From Candidatus Latescibacterota bacterium (GTDB lineage: Bacteria > Latescibacterota > UBA2968 > UBA8231), in contig CBDFJF010000002.1 of NCBI GenBank assembly GCA_965248265.1, positions 640,001-704,000 on the forward strand: a stretch of 64,000 nucleotides of DNA, written 5' to 3'. A program made the translations under genes and the position numbers. Within the stretch, counting starts at the first letter, position 1. The number at the start of each line of letters is the position of its first letter. Below the pieces are notes generated by a model. It was not told the DNA's origin. It worked only from the letters and a program-made list of their open reading frames with translations, and did not search any database. Below, piece by piece: positions 1 through 12,166 of the stretch.

Positions 1-386
1 TGCGCGAAGGCCTCAGCCAGGCTCGTGACCTCGACCCCGGAAGACTTTCGAACCGTGGACAGCCCGGGAGAGAATCTACCATTGACGAAAACGAGTTCCG
101 TACCGCTCCAACCAGCCAGGCGAGGCAAATGGCTTTCGTCGACGACGGCTTCTTCCCCTCCGGCGGACGATGAAACCGGCAGGTACTGCGTGCGTGCTAT
201 GGCACCGATGCTGGCATGACGCCAGTCTTCGTCGCGCCCGGTCGGCAATCCGGCCTCGGCGAACCGGTCGCAACCAGCCTGCCGCAATCCGTGAAGGTCG
301 GCAGCAGCATCGCCGTTCAGGCGCTTTTCAAAATCCTGAAAGCGCGTCAGGTACCATTCACGCATGTCGGACTGTTGGGCACTCAT
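1..386 (-). CDS. sufD: Fe-S cluster assembly protein SufD (N-terminal part; runs off window)
   Basis: Own translation from ATG at 386: MSAQQSDMREWYLTRFQDFEKRLNG...RFAEAGLPTGRDEDWRH, matching the SufD N-terminal 'GLPT..E.WR' motif; directly downstream of sufC. Confidence 0.85.
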   Translation of the reverse strand, partial: MSAQQSDMREWYLTRFQDFEKRLNGDAAADLHGLRQAGCDRFAEAGLPTGRDEDWRHASIGAIARTQYLPVSSSAGGEEAVVDESHLPRLAGWSGTELVFVNGRFSPGLSTVRKSSGVEVTSLAEAFA

Positions 387-402
387 CTGCCACGGCCTCC
401 AT

Positions 403-1155
403 TCACACCGCCACCTCCTCACGCACCCAGTCGTAACCCTTCTCCTCGAGTTCGAGTGCCAGTTCCTTGCCGCCGGTCTTGACGATACGGCCGTTCATCA
501 AGACATGGACCACGTCGGGAATGATATAGGTGAGCATCCTCTGGTAATGGGTCACCAGGATGACGCTCTTTTCCGGTGTGTGCAGCTTGTTGACGCCATT
601 GGCGACGATGCGCACGGCGTCGATGTCGAGACCGGAGTCGGTCTCATCCATGACCGCCAGCCTGGGTTCGAGGACGGCCAACTGGAGAATCTCGTGACGC
701 TTCTTTTCGCCACCGGAAAAACCCTCGTTTACTGAGCGTTTGAGGAAGCTCTCGTCCATTTCAACGAGTGCGAGTTTCTCCCTGATAAGAGAGAGAAAGT
801 CGATGGCGTCGATCTCGTCCTCGCCGCGGTGCTTGCGAATCTCATTGAGGCCGTTGCGCAGGAAGTAGGCCGAGTTCACTCCCGGTATTTCCACCGGGTA
901 CTGGAAGGCGAGGAACAGGCCTTCGCGCGCGCGCTCTTCGGCCGCCAGTTCCAGCAGGTCGCCGCCCTCGTAGGTCACGCTGCCCTCGGTGACTTCGTAG
1001 GCCTCGTGACCGGCGAGGACCTGGGCCAGCGTGCTCTTGCCTGAGCCGTTGGGACCCATGACTGCGTGGATTTCGCCGGCGCTTACTTCGAGGTCTATCC
1101 CATTGAGGATGGGGGTGCCGTCTATGCTGGCGTGAAGGTTTTCAATTTTTAGCAT
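403..1155 (-). CDS. sufC: Fe-S cluster assembly ATPase SufC
   Basis: MLKIENLHAS..., GPNGSGKST Walker A, FQYPVEIPGV, NEGFSGGEKKR, DETDSGLDIDA; start set at ATG 1155 rather than ORF-track 1341. Confidence 0.97.
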   Translation of the reverse strand: MLKIENLHASIDGTPILNGIDLEVSAGEIHAVMGPNGSGKSTLAQVLAGHEAYEVTEGSVTYEGGDLLELAAEERAREGLFLAFQYPVEIPGVNSAYFLRNGLNEIRKHRGEDEIDAIDFLSLIREKLALVEMDESFLKRSVNEGFSGGEKKRHEILQLAVLEPRLAVMDETDSGLDIDAVRIVANGVNKLHTPEKSVILVTHYQRMLTYIIPDVVHVLMNGRIVKTGGKELALELEEKGYDWVREEVAV

Positions 1156-1187
1156 GTCGTCCGTTTCTATCAGTGGTGCGTCTGGGT

Positions 1188-1408
1188 TTGGGCGCCCCTG
1201 GTTGCGCCTACCGACTCGAGCCGTGCGGTCCAGGAGCCCTGCGGGCGCCTGCCGTCGCTGACGTGGGGCCGAGAGAGTCGGCATCCTGCCTCCGCTCTCG
1301 GTCGCGGCTTCCTGCCGCGACCCCTGCGGGGCCTGATCCACGTCTGCTCCTGACCTTCCGGAACGAGTCGTTCGGCGTAACCAGGGGCGCCCAACGCATT
1401 CGCGTTGG
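1188..1408. repeat. Long imperfect palindromic intergenic element (REPIN/MITE-like)
   Basis: 1188-1208 TTGGGCGCCCCTGGTTGCGCC is 20/21 complementary to 1374-1394; pairing continues inward; internal hairpins GGCATCCTGCC and GTCGCGGCTTCCTGCCGCGAC. Confidence 0.75.
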
Positions 1409-1463
1409 AGCTAACAGCAAGGGCAACTTCAAAACCAAAAGGCAACTCAAAACCCTAAAACCC

Positions 1464-2927
<1,464 letters not shown>

Positions 2928-2959
2928 AATTTTCTAACCTTTACAATAAGTTTCGGCAC

Positions 2960-2993
2960 AGAATATATGAATCTTGATAAAAAAGTCAAGATT
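2960..2993 (-). promoter_or_regulatory. suf promoter with overlapping palindromic operator (IscR/Rrf2-like)
   Basis: AATCTTGA-N8-TCAAGATT at 2970-2993 contains minus-strand TTGACT (2984-2989), with TATATT/TATTCT 16-18 bp downstream. Confidence 0.65.
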
Positions 2994-3062
2994 GCTGGGT
3001 CTGGCAACCTTTCGGAGGGCTTGAGGACACCTGTTACCCAGGGAAGTCCGAACCAGGCTGGT

Positions 3063-3966
3063 TCAGGCAAGCCGTTTTCGCCGCACCAGGTACTGCGACA
3101 ACGCTTGATCAAACGGGGTTGAGGTGTCGAGGAGGGCGTAATCAACGCCGGCATCGCCGCATCCGTAGGCGTATTTTCGCAGCAGTTGTTCCATCAGCCG
3201 CTGGTATTCCTCCTGCACATGCCAGGGTTGCGTCTGTACCTGATCATCCTGGCTCTCTAAATCGTAGAAGCGGGTCTCCGAGCGATTCTCGAATTCGAGA
3301 TCGCGCTCCCGTGGGTCTAGAATCTGGAGAGCGAGGACCTCGTGACCGCGGTGGCGGAAGTGACGCAGGCCGTCGAGAACCTGATCACTGTCGTCGAGCA
3401 GGTCCGAGAGCACGATGACGAGTCCCCGGCGTGACAGCCGTTCGGCGAGTTCGTGGAAGGCGGGTGCCATGCGGGTGTCCGCTTCGGGCTGGTAGTGTCC
3501 GATCTCCTTGAGCAGCACGTGCAGGTGGCTTTGCACGGACCGGGGCGGCACGTAGGTGAGGGCGTGATCGCGGAAGACCATCAAGCCTACGGCGTCCCGC
3601 TGTCGCAACATCAGATAGGCCAGCGCCGCGGCGAGGCAACAGGCGTAGCGAAACTTCGTCATCGCGCCTCCCTCCTGAAACCCCATGGAGCCGCTGGCGT
3701 CCAACAGCAGATAGCACTTCAGGTTGGTCTCTTCTTCGTAACGCTTGATGTAGAGGCGGTCCGTTTTACCCAGGGCCTTCCAGTCCAAGTGGCGCAGGGG
3801 ATCGCCTTGCATGTAGGGGCGGTGCTCGGAGAATTCAACGGAAAAGCCGTGGTAGGGACTGCGGTGCAGGCCGGTGATGAACCCCTCGACGACGAGTCGT
3901 GCGATCAGGTCGAGGCGTCCGAGGCGTGAGACGACCTGAGGTTGGAGAAAGGTATCGGTGGTATCG

Positions 3967-3977
<11 letters not shown>
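3063..3977 (-). CDS. DUF58 family protein (MoxR-associated, vWA-like)
   Basis: GLHRSPYHGFSVEFSEHRPY, DWK, EEETNL, LLDASGSM, SDL motifs; start ATG 3977 overlaps moxR stop. Confidence 0.92.
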
Positions 3978-4961
<984 letters not shown>

Positions 4962-4965
<4 letters not shown>

Positions 4966-6242
4966 GTCTTGCGCTCTTTCTTCTTGGCTGCCGGAAACAG
5001 GATGTTGTTAAGGATCAGCCGGTAACCGGGTGAATTGGGATGCAGCGAGAGCCTGGTGGGCTGATCGCCGACGTGATGTTTGTGGTCCTCCGGGTCATGT
5101 CCCCCGTAAAACGTGAAGCTGCCCTTGCCGATTCCTCCGTGTATGTACTTCACTTCCTCTTCGCCTTCGACGTCAGCCAGGACGATGACGGATTCCTTGA
5201 TCAAGCCGCGGCGAAAGCCAGTCGTTTGCCCGAGAAAACCGTTTATGACGTTGGTGTGGCACTGGGTCAGCATGGCCGGTACCGGATCGTACTTGGCCGA
5301 GAACTCGAAAAGGGTGAAATAATCTGCCTCGGCCGTACGTATTTTGCGGATGTCATCTGGTGTGGTATCGATGTCGGAGTGCTCGTACACGAGCGGATCG
5401 GTCTCCAGCGTGAAGTTCTCGAAGGCAACTGTCTTGCTGAAATCCAGTCTCTGTTGCGCTTGAGGATCGGCAGGATCACCGTCGAAGATGACGGCCGCGA
5501 TATCCACTCCCTCTGCAGCCAGAGCGATATCGAATGTATCGGTCGCCGAGCACATCGCAAACAGGAAGCCGCCTCCCGTGATGTACTGGTAGAGCTTGCG
5601 AGCGATCGCTTTTTTCTCATCAGACACCTTCTCGAATCCGAGCCCACGGGCGATGGCCTCGTAGAGGCGTTGCTGGTCTCTGTACCAATCCTGCGCGTGA
5701 AAACTCCGGTAAAACTTGCCGTATTGGCCGCTGAAGTCCTCATGGTGGAGGTGAAGCCAGTCGTAGTCGGCCAGCTTGCCGTCGAGGACTTCTTCATCCC
5801 AGAGTTTGTCATAGTCAATCTGGGCGTACTCCAGGGCCATGGTCACGGCATCATCCCACGGCTGCGAGTTCGGCGGGGTGTAGACGCCGACGCGCGGCGC
5901 CTTCTCCAGGCGCACGACCTCCATGTTGGAACCGTCGATTTCGGCGTATATCAGCGCGGCCGCGGATTCAGACAGGCGTTCGTAGGAGATGCCGCGAATC
6001 TGAGATTCCTCAGCGATGAGGCGATGGTCTTCCATCATGAACGCCCCGCCGCGAAAATTCAACAGCCATTCCACGGGCACATCCCGCTCCAGAGCCCAGT
6101 ACGCCAGGCCGTAGGCCTTAAGATGGTCGCTTTGCGTGACGTCCATGGGGATGAGAAGGCGGGTGGCCGATACTGGAGCGGCGACCTGGGCCGCCGCAAC
6201 GGCGATAAGAAAGAGGAGGGGAATGTACCGTGTCCGGGTCAT
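4962..6242 (-). CDS. Exported conserved FCB protein often labelled 'asparagine synthetase B' (function unknown)
   Basis: Signal peptide; LIPMD...HLKAYG, WLLNFRGG, QPWDDAVT, DWLHLHHEDFSGQYGKF, FAMCSATD, GHDPED, NSPGYRLILNNILFPAA. Confidence 0.8.
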
Positions 6243-7987
6243 CCTTGTGCACCTACTCCTTCTCGCGCCGGCCGCAAGACTCGTCGCAATCGCTGAATAT
6301 CGAGCCGAACCCGCGGGGCTGCCGGATCCGCGGGAAACTGCAGCAGTGCCGTTTCGTATGCCTTGAGCGCCTCGCGGGCACGGCCTTTTTGTTCCAGCAT
6401 GCGCGCCCGTCCTAGGTGTGCCGGCAATACCAGGCGCCCGTTTGGGAACGATGTCAGCATGCTCTCGTAGAGGTTGAGCGCTTCATCCTGCGAATTTTCT
6501 TCCAGCAGCTGCGCGTGCGCCAACAGACTGCGTTCTCCCAGCTCGGCCGAGGCGTTGGCAGACAACCAGTCCCAGGCCACATTTGCCTCCTCACGCCGCT
6601 GCTGCCGCTCCAGCAATTGGGCCCGAGCCAAGGTCGACAAGGCCTGGTGCTCCGACTGGTGGTCTTCTATCAGCAACAACAACTCCAAAGCGTCGTTGGC
6701 CACGTCGCTGCCCGGATCCGTGCGCACGAGCGAGTCAAGGAGGACGATCGCATCACCAAAGTCAGCGCGGAAAAACGCCAGCCGCGCGACATCGAAACGG
6801 ACACCCGAATCATCCGGGGATCGCTCACGCCGCTCAAAGAGGCGCACCGCGTAGGCTTCTAGATCATCCAACCGAAGCGCGCATTCGGCATCCAACGCCA
6901 GCGCGGGAAGTAGCCAACTACCCTGCTTGTACTGGCCAAAAAGCCGGGCAAGGGTGGCCGCCGCGGCCCGCGGATCATTCCTGCTCTCCAGTTGTAGTTG
7001 AGCCGCCCGGAGCAGGGCCTGTGCTCCTTCCGGTCGCCCACGGGCTCGCTGAGCCACCGACAAATAGGTGGTTTCCGCCAGCTCCGGCTGTCCACGCGAT
7101 GCCATCATTTCACCCTGCCGCAACTGGGCACGGGCGTGCTGCGGGTCTGAATCCGGATAGCGCTCCAGCAGCATGGAATAAATGGAGAAGGCCTCCTTCT
7201 CGTGGCCCTCAGCTTCCGCCAACGCGGCGAGCTCGTAGATCGCCGAGGGTGCCCCAGGAAGGTCCCGGATCATGTCGATAAGACCGAGTGCCGCATCTGG
7301 GTGTCCAGTCTGCACCGCGACAGCAGCGGCCATCTGCGACACCGCGAGCGCGTCCTGTCTCCTCTTCGACTTGTCACCACTGCAGATGCTGCTTCGGCCT
7401 GCCTCAACCAAACTCTCCAGCAACCGAGCAGACGCGGCCGCGCCGGAGGTGGCCAGCTTGGAACGCAGGTAACCCTCGACGAGATGCCGGTGCCCGGGTT
7501 GGATCTTGAGGTGTTCGAACATCGACTGGACTCCAGCTTCGTAACGACCGGCATCCATATGGATTTGGGCGATTTCCCAGCCGAAGGCCTCCTCCTGACC
7601 CAGCTGTCGGCGGCCGTCTATTAGGACGGCCAGGGCCGTTTCGTCCAGGCCCGCGCGCCGGCAGCGGTTACTGACTGTGCGGTAGAGATCCTCTCGCCCG
7701 GGTACCCGCTGCAGCAACCGCTGCCAGGTCGTCGCAGCCCGGGCGGTGTCACCCTGATCGGCGTAGAGCTGTCCAAGCTCCAGGTACATCCGCTCATCCA
7801 GCGGGTGCAGTTGCAGCCAGTCTTCGATCTCCTTTTGCTTTCCGGCATGGCGCAGGCGGGCACGCTCCGCCCTCAGAGCCGCCTCATCCGTCGTGCTTGA
7901 GGAGGCACCCTCAGCAGCCTCTGCCGGATTCAGCATCGACGAGGCAGCGGTCACGTACATCAGGTGCAACAACACACGCATGATCAC
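6239..7987 (-). CDS. Tetratricopeptide-repeat protein, probably exported
   Basis: Repeated TPR-like helices (LELGQLYADQGD..A, YELAALAEAEG..EA, AHLGRARMLEQKG..EA); overlaps both neighbours by 4 nt. Confidence 0.85.
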   Translation of the reverse strand: MIMRVLLHLMYVTAASSMLNPAEAAEGASSSTTDEAALRAERARLRHAGKQKEIEDWLQLHPLDERMYLELGQLYADQGDTARAATTWQRLLQRVPGREDLYRTVSNRCRRAGLDETALAVLIDGRRQLGQEEAFGWEIAQIHMDAGRYEAGVQSMFEHLKIQPGHRHLVEGYLRSKLATSGAAASARLLESLVEAGRSSICSGDKSKRRQDALAVSQMAAAVAVQTGHPDAALGLIDMIRDLPGAPSAIYELAALAEAEGHEKEAFSIYSMLLERYPDSDPQHARAQLRQGEMMASRGQPELAETTYLSVAQRARGRPEGAQALLRAAQLQLESRNDPRAAAATLARLFGQYKQGSWLLPALALDAECALRLDDLEAYAVRLFERRERSPDDSGVRFDVARLAFFRADFGDAIVLLDSLVRTDPGSDVANDALELLLLIEDHQSEHQALSTLARAQLLERQQRREEANVAWDWLSANASAELGERSLLAHAQLLEENSQDEALNLYESMLTSFPNGRLVLPAHLGRARMLEQKGRAREALKAYETALLQFPADPAAPRVRLDIQRLRRVLRPAREGVGAQG

Positions 7988-10900
7988 GGCAGCGAGGATC
8001 CTTCCCCAGGGGACGCGCGCTCTCGTGCCACGTCTTCGTAGACCAGCTCGTAGTAGCGGCGGATCACATCCCAGTACTCGTGTGGGTAATCGCCGGAAAG
8101 CGCTCGTTTCATCGCCTCACGCAACTCATCGGGGGCTTGTCCCAGATCGGCAGGCAACCACGGACCAACGTAAGTGCCGGGGTCCATGGCAGATTCGGAG
8201 ATTCTTTCCTGTTTGAAACCACGGGTGTTCACGGACCGACTGGCATCCAGCATGCGCTGGAGTATTCGCTGTTGTGATTGCCCCAGGCGCGCACTCGGAT
8301 TGCGACGTCTCATCTCACTCAGCGCCGTAGCCATCTCCCTGTCGATCTCTGCCAGTTGCTTTCGGGCGCCGCGATGACCGCGCAATCCGCGCTCGAGTTC
8401 TGACAGGGCGCTCTGAATGCGCCGTTGCTCTCGCGCCAACCGACCCATCTGGGATCGCCAGTCTTGCCCGGGCCGACCTTCTTTACCCAGCTGCGTGCCT
8501 TGTCCGAGGGATTCCTGCGTGGCCTGGTTGAGTGCGGCCTGCTGCTCGGACAGTCCCATCATTTTCTCCATGGCTTCACCGAAGCCGGAGGGGGTGCGTG
8601 AGTTGCGGATATCATCGGCGCTTTCGCGTAACAGCAGGGCGGCCTCGTTCATGCTCTTGAGCGCTTTCTGCTGGTGCGGGGCTGAGCGCGCGCCGTCGCC
8701 ACCACCGAGCAAAGAGGCGGCCTGCTTCATGCTCTGCAGCACATGCCCGAGTGTCGTCGGCAGCCCCAGATTCAAGTTGACGGTCTTGCGGCCAACCTCG
8801 GCCAGCTGGTCGATCAGCGCGCCTGTGCCATTCAACAGCGCGAACTGCTCGTCGGCCAGCTCCGGGAGCGCCTCAGTCGGTCGCGTAGGATTCCACGAGC
8901 GATTCAGCAGGTCCTCCTGATTGAAGGACAAGGCAACCAGGGATCCCATGGCCTGCTTCAGTGCCCGCAGCAAGTCCTGCTTCTGAGACGCAACGAACTC
9001 CTGCTGAATCTGCTCCAAGCCCGATGAAAGCGCGCCCAACTCCTCTTCGAGGTCTTCACCCAGCTGCCTGGCCTGGGCCTGCTGCCGTTGCGATCCAAGC
9101 TGTGCCGACAGCTCCTTCATGCGACCGGATAGACGGTTTTCCTGCATGCTCTGAGCATGCCGCTCGAGCTCATTGGCGGCTTCCTCATCATAAGGCCGGG
9201 CATCGTCTGCCAGCTCGCTGAGCTCCTGCTGGAGGCTTTGGGTGTCTTCGCTCAGACGGGCCTCCTGCTTCTGCAGTTTCGGGCCTTCACTCTGTTCCTT
9301 CATGGCCTCGTCGATGAGTTCCTGCCGGGAGTGCAGGTCCTGAGCCTGACTCACAGCGTCCTCGAGGCGCTGTTCCAGGTCAACCTGGCGCAGCAGGGCC
9401 AGAGTGCGGTCGAGCCTCTGCTGGAAAGCCTCATGGTCCGCAGCGAAGTCCGCCAGAGCCTCGGCCAGTTCCTGCGGCTCGATATCCTGCATGGCATCCT
9501 GAAGTGATTGCAAGGCCTCCTGCAGTTCCGGCGACGTGACTTCCTGCATCAACTCTCGGATCTCGTCCAGCTTGTCGAGAATCTCCTCCGATGCCAGGCC
9601 GCTTTCCTGCATGGCCTGCATCGTCTCCTCCATTTGCCGTGCCAGCTCCGACACGGCGGTGGCGCGTTCCTGTTGCTGCTCAATGGTCGCCTCGAGTTCC
9701 TTTCGCTGCTGCCAACTCAACTCCTCTTTCTTGAGCAACTCACGGCGGATCTGCTCGACAAACTCCGCCGTTTCTTCGTCATCTTCTGCCATCAATTCGT
9801 TTAATGCTTCGATTTGGTCGCTTCGTGTTTCGGAGAGTTCGGTCATCAATTCGTACAGGGATGGATAGCGAAAGGTGAACTCGCGACTGCGTCCTTTCTT
9901 GGGTCCGGACACCAGGTCGTTGTCGCTGACCTGAGCATGATAGTGAACCAGGTCGTCCGGCAGCAGCTCGAGACCATTCAGGTCCCACGCATGAATGACG
10001 GTGAGCTCGCGTCCGCCACCGCCACTCAAGGCCATCTGGTTATCATCCCCGTCGTTGACCCGGTACACGAGGTCGATCCCGGCCACACCGAAATCGTCCT
10101 GAGCTTCGAGGCCGAGGACGACGTGGAGGTCTTCCGGCAGATCGGCATCGCGGCCGGGTTCGGTCACCGCAATTCGTGGTACTTCGTCGAACAACGGCCT
10201 GATGGCATAGCGAATGGGATCGCGATTGCGGATTCCCCGATGATCAGTCAGTTCGACGTGATAGTGGCTTCCCGATACCCGCGGCGCGTCGAGCGCGTAA
10301 CTCGCTTCCAGCCCCTGGCCGGTGGTGTCCGCGGACAGGTACCAAGCGATGTGCGCCCGCGTGTCCGTGATCTGAGCGGGCAAACGCAGGCTGTCGTCGA
10401 CAACGACGGCCGCAGTGCTAAGGGATTTACTGGAGATGATCTCCAAGTCGACGCGCGTGCCGATGATGGCGCGCACATCGCCGCTGACCTCGTCGATTCG
10501 GTCCGGCAAACCTGTGTAGGGTGGAAAGGCGTAGCGTACCTGCAGCTGCTGCACCACGGGCGACTCCAGAACATCGATGCGCGCAGGTTGACTCGCACCG
10601 TCGCCGGCCTCAATCACGTAGGTCAATGGTCTGCGCACACCCGCAAAAACGTACCGCAGGGAATCGGACGCTGTGGGGGCGGGGAGTACGATCTCCTCAA
10701 TTTCCCTCCACGGCATCTGCGGGCTCTCGCGACTCAGGATCCGGGCACTGGGAGGTACCTCGCCGCGCACGCGGAAGTGGACTACCGCGTCATCGCCCTT
10801 GACGATCTCCAGGTCACCCGTCAGCGAAGTCACCGTTGTGGCTGAGACTCGCACATAAGGCCGGGTCGGGTGCAGGCAGCGATCCAGCGCCGGGATCATG

Positions 10901-11436
10901 TCCCCCCGAAGCATGCCGCACAGGGCCAGGGAAATTCCACCGACCGTGCCAAGGTGCCGCAAGCGAGAGCGCAATCGATCGTCATCGACGACTCCACGGG
11001 GCTTTGTTTGGGCGGCCATATCAGCTGCGGAGATGGCTGTTGCGCTCAACAATTCACTGGAATGAAGAGCACCCTTCTTTCCGGGCAACAACTCCAGCGT
11101 GGTGATGAGCCGCTGCCGGAAGTCCGGGCAGCGGTGCTCGACGAACAGGGCGACCTCGTGTAGCGATCGTTTCCCCCGCAACTGGAGAATCGTGTCAACG
11201 ACAAACAGGACCAGGCCGGATCCTGCAATCATCCAGGCACCAAGTGTGCGCCAGAATGGACTGAAGAACAGGAGGGCCTCGAGGCCGACCCACAGTACAA
11301 TGCCCAGAGCCAGCAGCGTGGCCACACGGGTCAGGGCCACGGCGATGGCGCGCTGCACCATGCGCCGCTTCACCCGGCGGAGGAAGTCGACGACCGTGCG
11401 GTAGGATTGCTCGTCAGCAGGAGCGCCGATTGTCAT
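7984..11436 (-). CDS. DUF4175-like membrane-anchored coiled-coil protein
   Basis: N-terminal TM helices, Ig-like region (PPYTGLP, DDFGV, DND.VSGPK), long Q/E-rich coiled coil, C-terminal 'P.EY...IRRYYE' motif. Confidence 0.8.
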   Translation of the reverse strand: MTIGAPADEQSYRTVVDFLRRVKRRMVQRAIAVALTRVATLLALGIVLWVGLEALLFFSPFWRTLGAWMIAGSGLVLFVVDTILQLRGKRSLHEVALFVEHRCPDFRQRLITTLELLPGKKGALHSSELLSATAISAADMAAQTKPRGVVDDDRLRSRLRHLGTVGGISLALCGMLRGDMIPALDRCLHPTRPYVRVSATTVTSLTGDLEIVKGDDAVVHFRVRGEVPPSARILSRESPQMPWREIEEIVLPAPTASDSLRYVFAGVRRPLTYVIEAGDGASQPARIDVLESPVVQQLQVRYAFPPYTGLPDRIDEVSGDVRAIIGTRVDLEIISSKSLSTAAVVVDDSLRLPAQITDTRAHIAWYLSADTTGQGLEASYALDAPRVSGSHYHVELTDHRGIRNRDPIRYAIRPLFDEVPRIAVTEPGRDADLPEDLHVVLGLEAQDDFGVAGIDLVYRVNDGDDNQMALSGGGGRELTVIHAWDLNGLELLPDDLVHYHAQVSDNDLVSGPKKGRSREFTFRYPSLYELMTELSETRSDQIEALNELMAEDDEETAEFVEQIRRELLKKEELSWQQRKELEATIEQQQERATAVSELARQMEETMQAMQESGLASEEILDKLDEIRELMQEVTSPELQEALQSLQDAMQDIEPQELAEALADFAADHEAFQQRLDRTLALLRQVDLEQRLEDAVSQAQDLHSRQELIDEAMKEQSEGPKLQKQEARLSEDTQSLQQELSELADDARPYDEEAANELERHAQSMQENRLSGRMKELSAQLGSQRQQAQARQLGEDLEEELGALSSGLEQIQQEFVASQKQDLLRALKQAMGSLVALSFNQEDLLNRSWNPTRPTEALPELADEQFALLNGTGALIDQLAEVGRKTVNLNLGLPTTLGHVLQSMKQAASLLGGGDGARSAPHQQKALKSMNEAALLLRESADDIRNSRTPSGFGEAMEKMMGLSEQQAALNQATQESLGQGTQLGKEGRPGQDWRSQMGRLAREQRRIQSALSELERGLRGHRGARKQLAEIDREMATALSEMRRRNPSARLGQSQQRILQRMLDASRSVNTRGFKQERISESAMDPGTYVGPWLPADLGQAPDELREAMKRALSGDYPHEYWDVIRRYYELVYEDVARERASPGEGSSLP

Positions 11437-11452
11437 GCTGGCTCGAGCCGGA

Positions 11453-12166
11453 TCAATGCGTCAATGCCCACACAACGATATTGGTACCGGCTTCGAGGGC
11501 GGCACGGCGTTTGGCTTCGGGATTGTCATGTACATCGGCATCTTCCCATCCGTCACCCAAATCGGACTCGAAAGTGTACAGGACTATCAGACGATCCTTC
11601 TCGAACAACCCCAGGGCCTGGGGCCGGGCGCCGTCGTGGGTGTGAATTTTTGGCAATCCGGCGGGTAGATCGAAGTGACAGTGAAAAAGATCGTTTTCAG
11701 CCGGCAATTCGACGAAGCTCTTCTTCGGAAAAACCCGCCTCATCTCACGACGGAATGACTCATCCATGCCGTAATTGTCATCGGCGTGCAGAAAACCGCC
11801 ACCCTCGAGATAGCGACGCAACCTCGTCACCTCGTCAGGCGAGAGAACGACATTCCCGTGGCCGGTCAGGTAGCTGTAGGGATAGCCGAAAAAATCTTCG
11901 TCCATGATGCGGACCGTAACCTCGGCAGCAGCCACGGCGATGCGGGTATGTTGACCGATGAAGCGCAAGAGGTTGGGGAGTGACGATGGATCGCCGTACC
12001 AGTCCCCACCGCCATCGTACTGCACGCGGGCGATGGTGAAAGTGCCATCTTGCTCACCAGCTGAAGGTAGGACGGACACTGCGACGATGACTACAAGAGC
12101 GGTGGCGATGATTCCGGTCTGCACGGAGAGTCGGGTCCGCAACCCCACGTTACTTTGCGGTGCCAT
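11453..12166 (-). CDS. DUF4159 domain protein
   Basis: IARVQYDGGGDWY, YLTGHG, GGFLHADDNYG, LPKIHTHDG, ESDLGDGWED. Confidence 0.9.
   Translation of the reverse strand: MAPQSNVGLRTRLSVQTGIIATALVVIVAVSVLPSAGEQDGTFTIARVQYDGGGDWYGDPSSLPNLLRFIGQHTRIAVAAAEVTVRIMDEDFFGYPYSYLTGHGNVVLSPDEVTRLRRYLEGGGFLHADDNYGMDESFRREMRRVFPKKSFVELPAENDLFHCHFDLPAGLPKIHTHDGARPQALGLFEKDRLIVLYTFESDLGDGWEDADVHDNPEAKRRAALEAGTNIVVWALTH

Noticed and set aside
1156-1445. N-terminal extension of SufC and ORFs crossing the hairpin
   Set aside because: SufC homology starts at ATG 1155; translations of the palindrome are low-complexity
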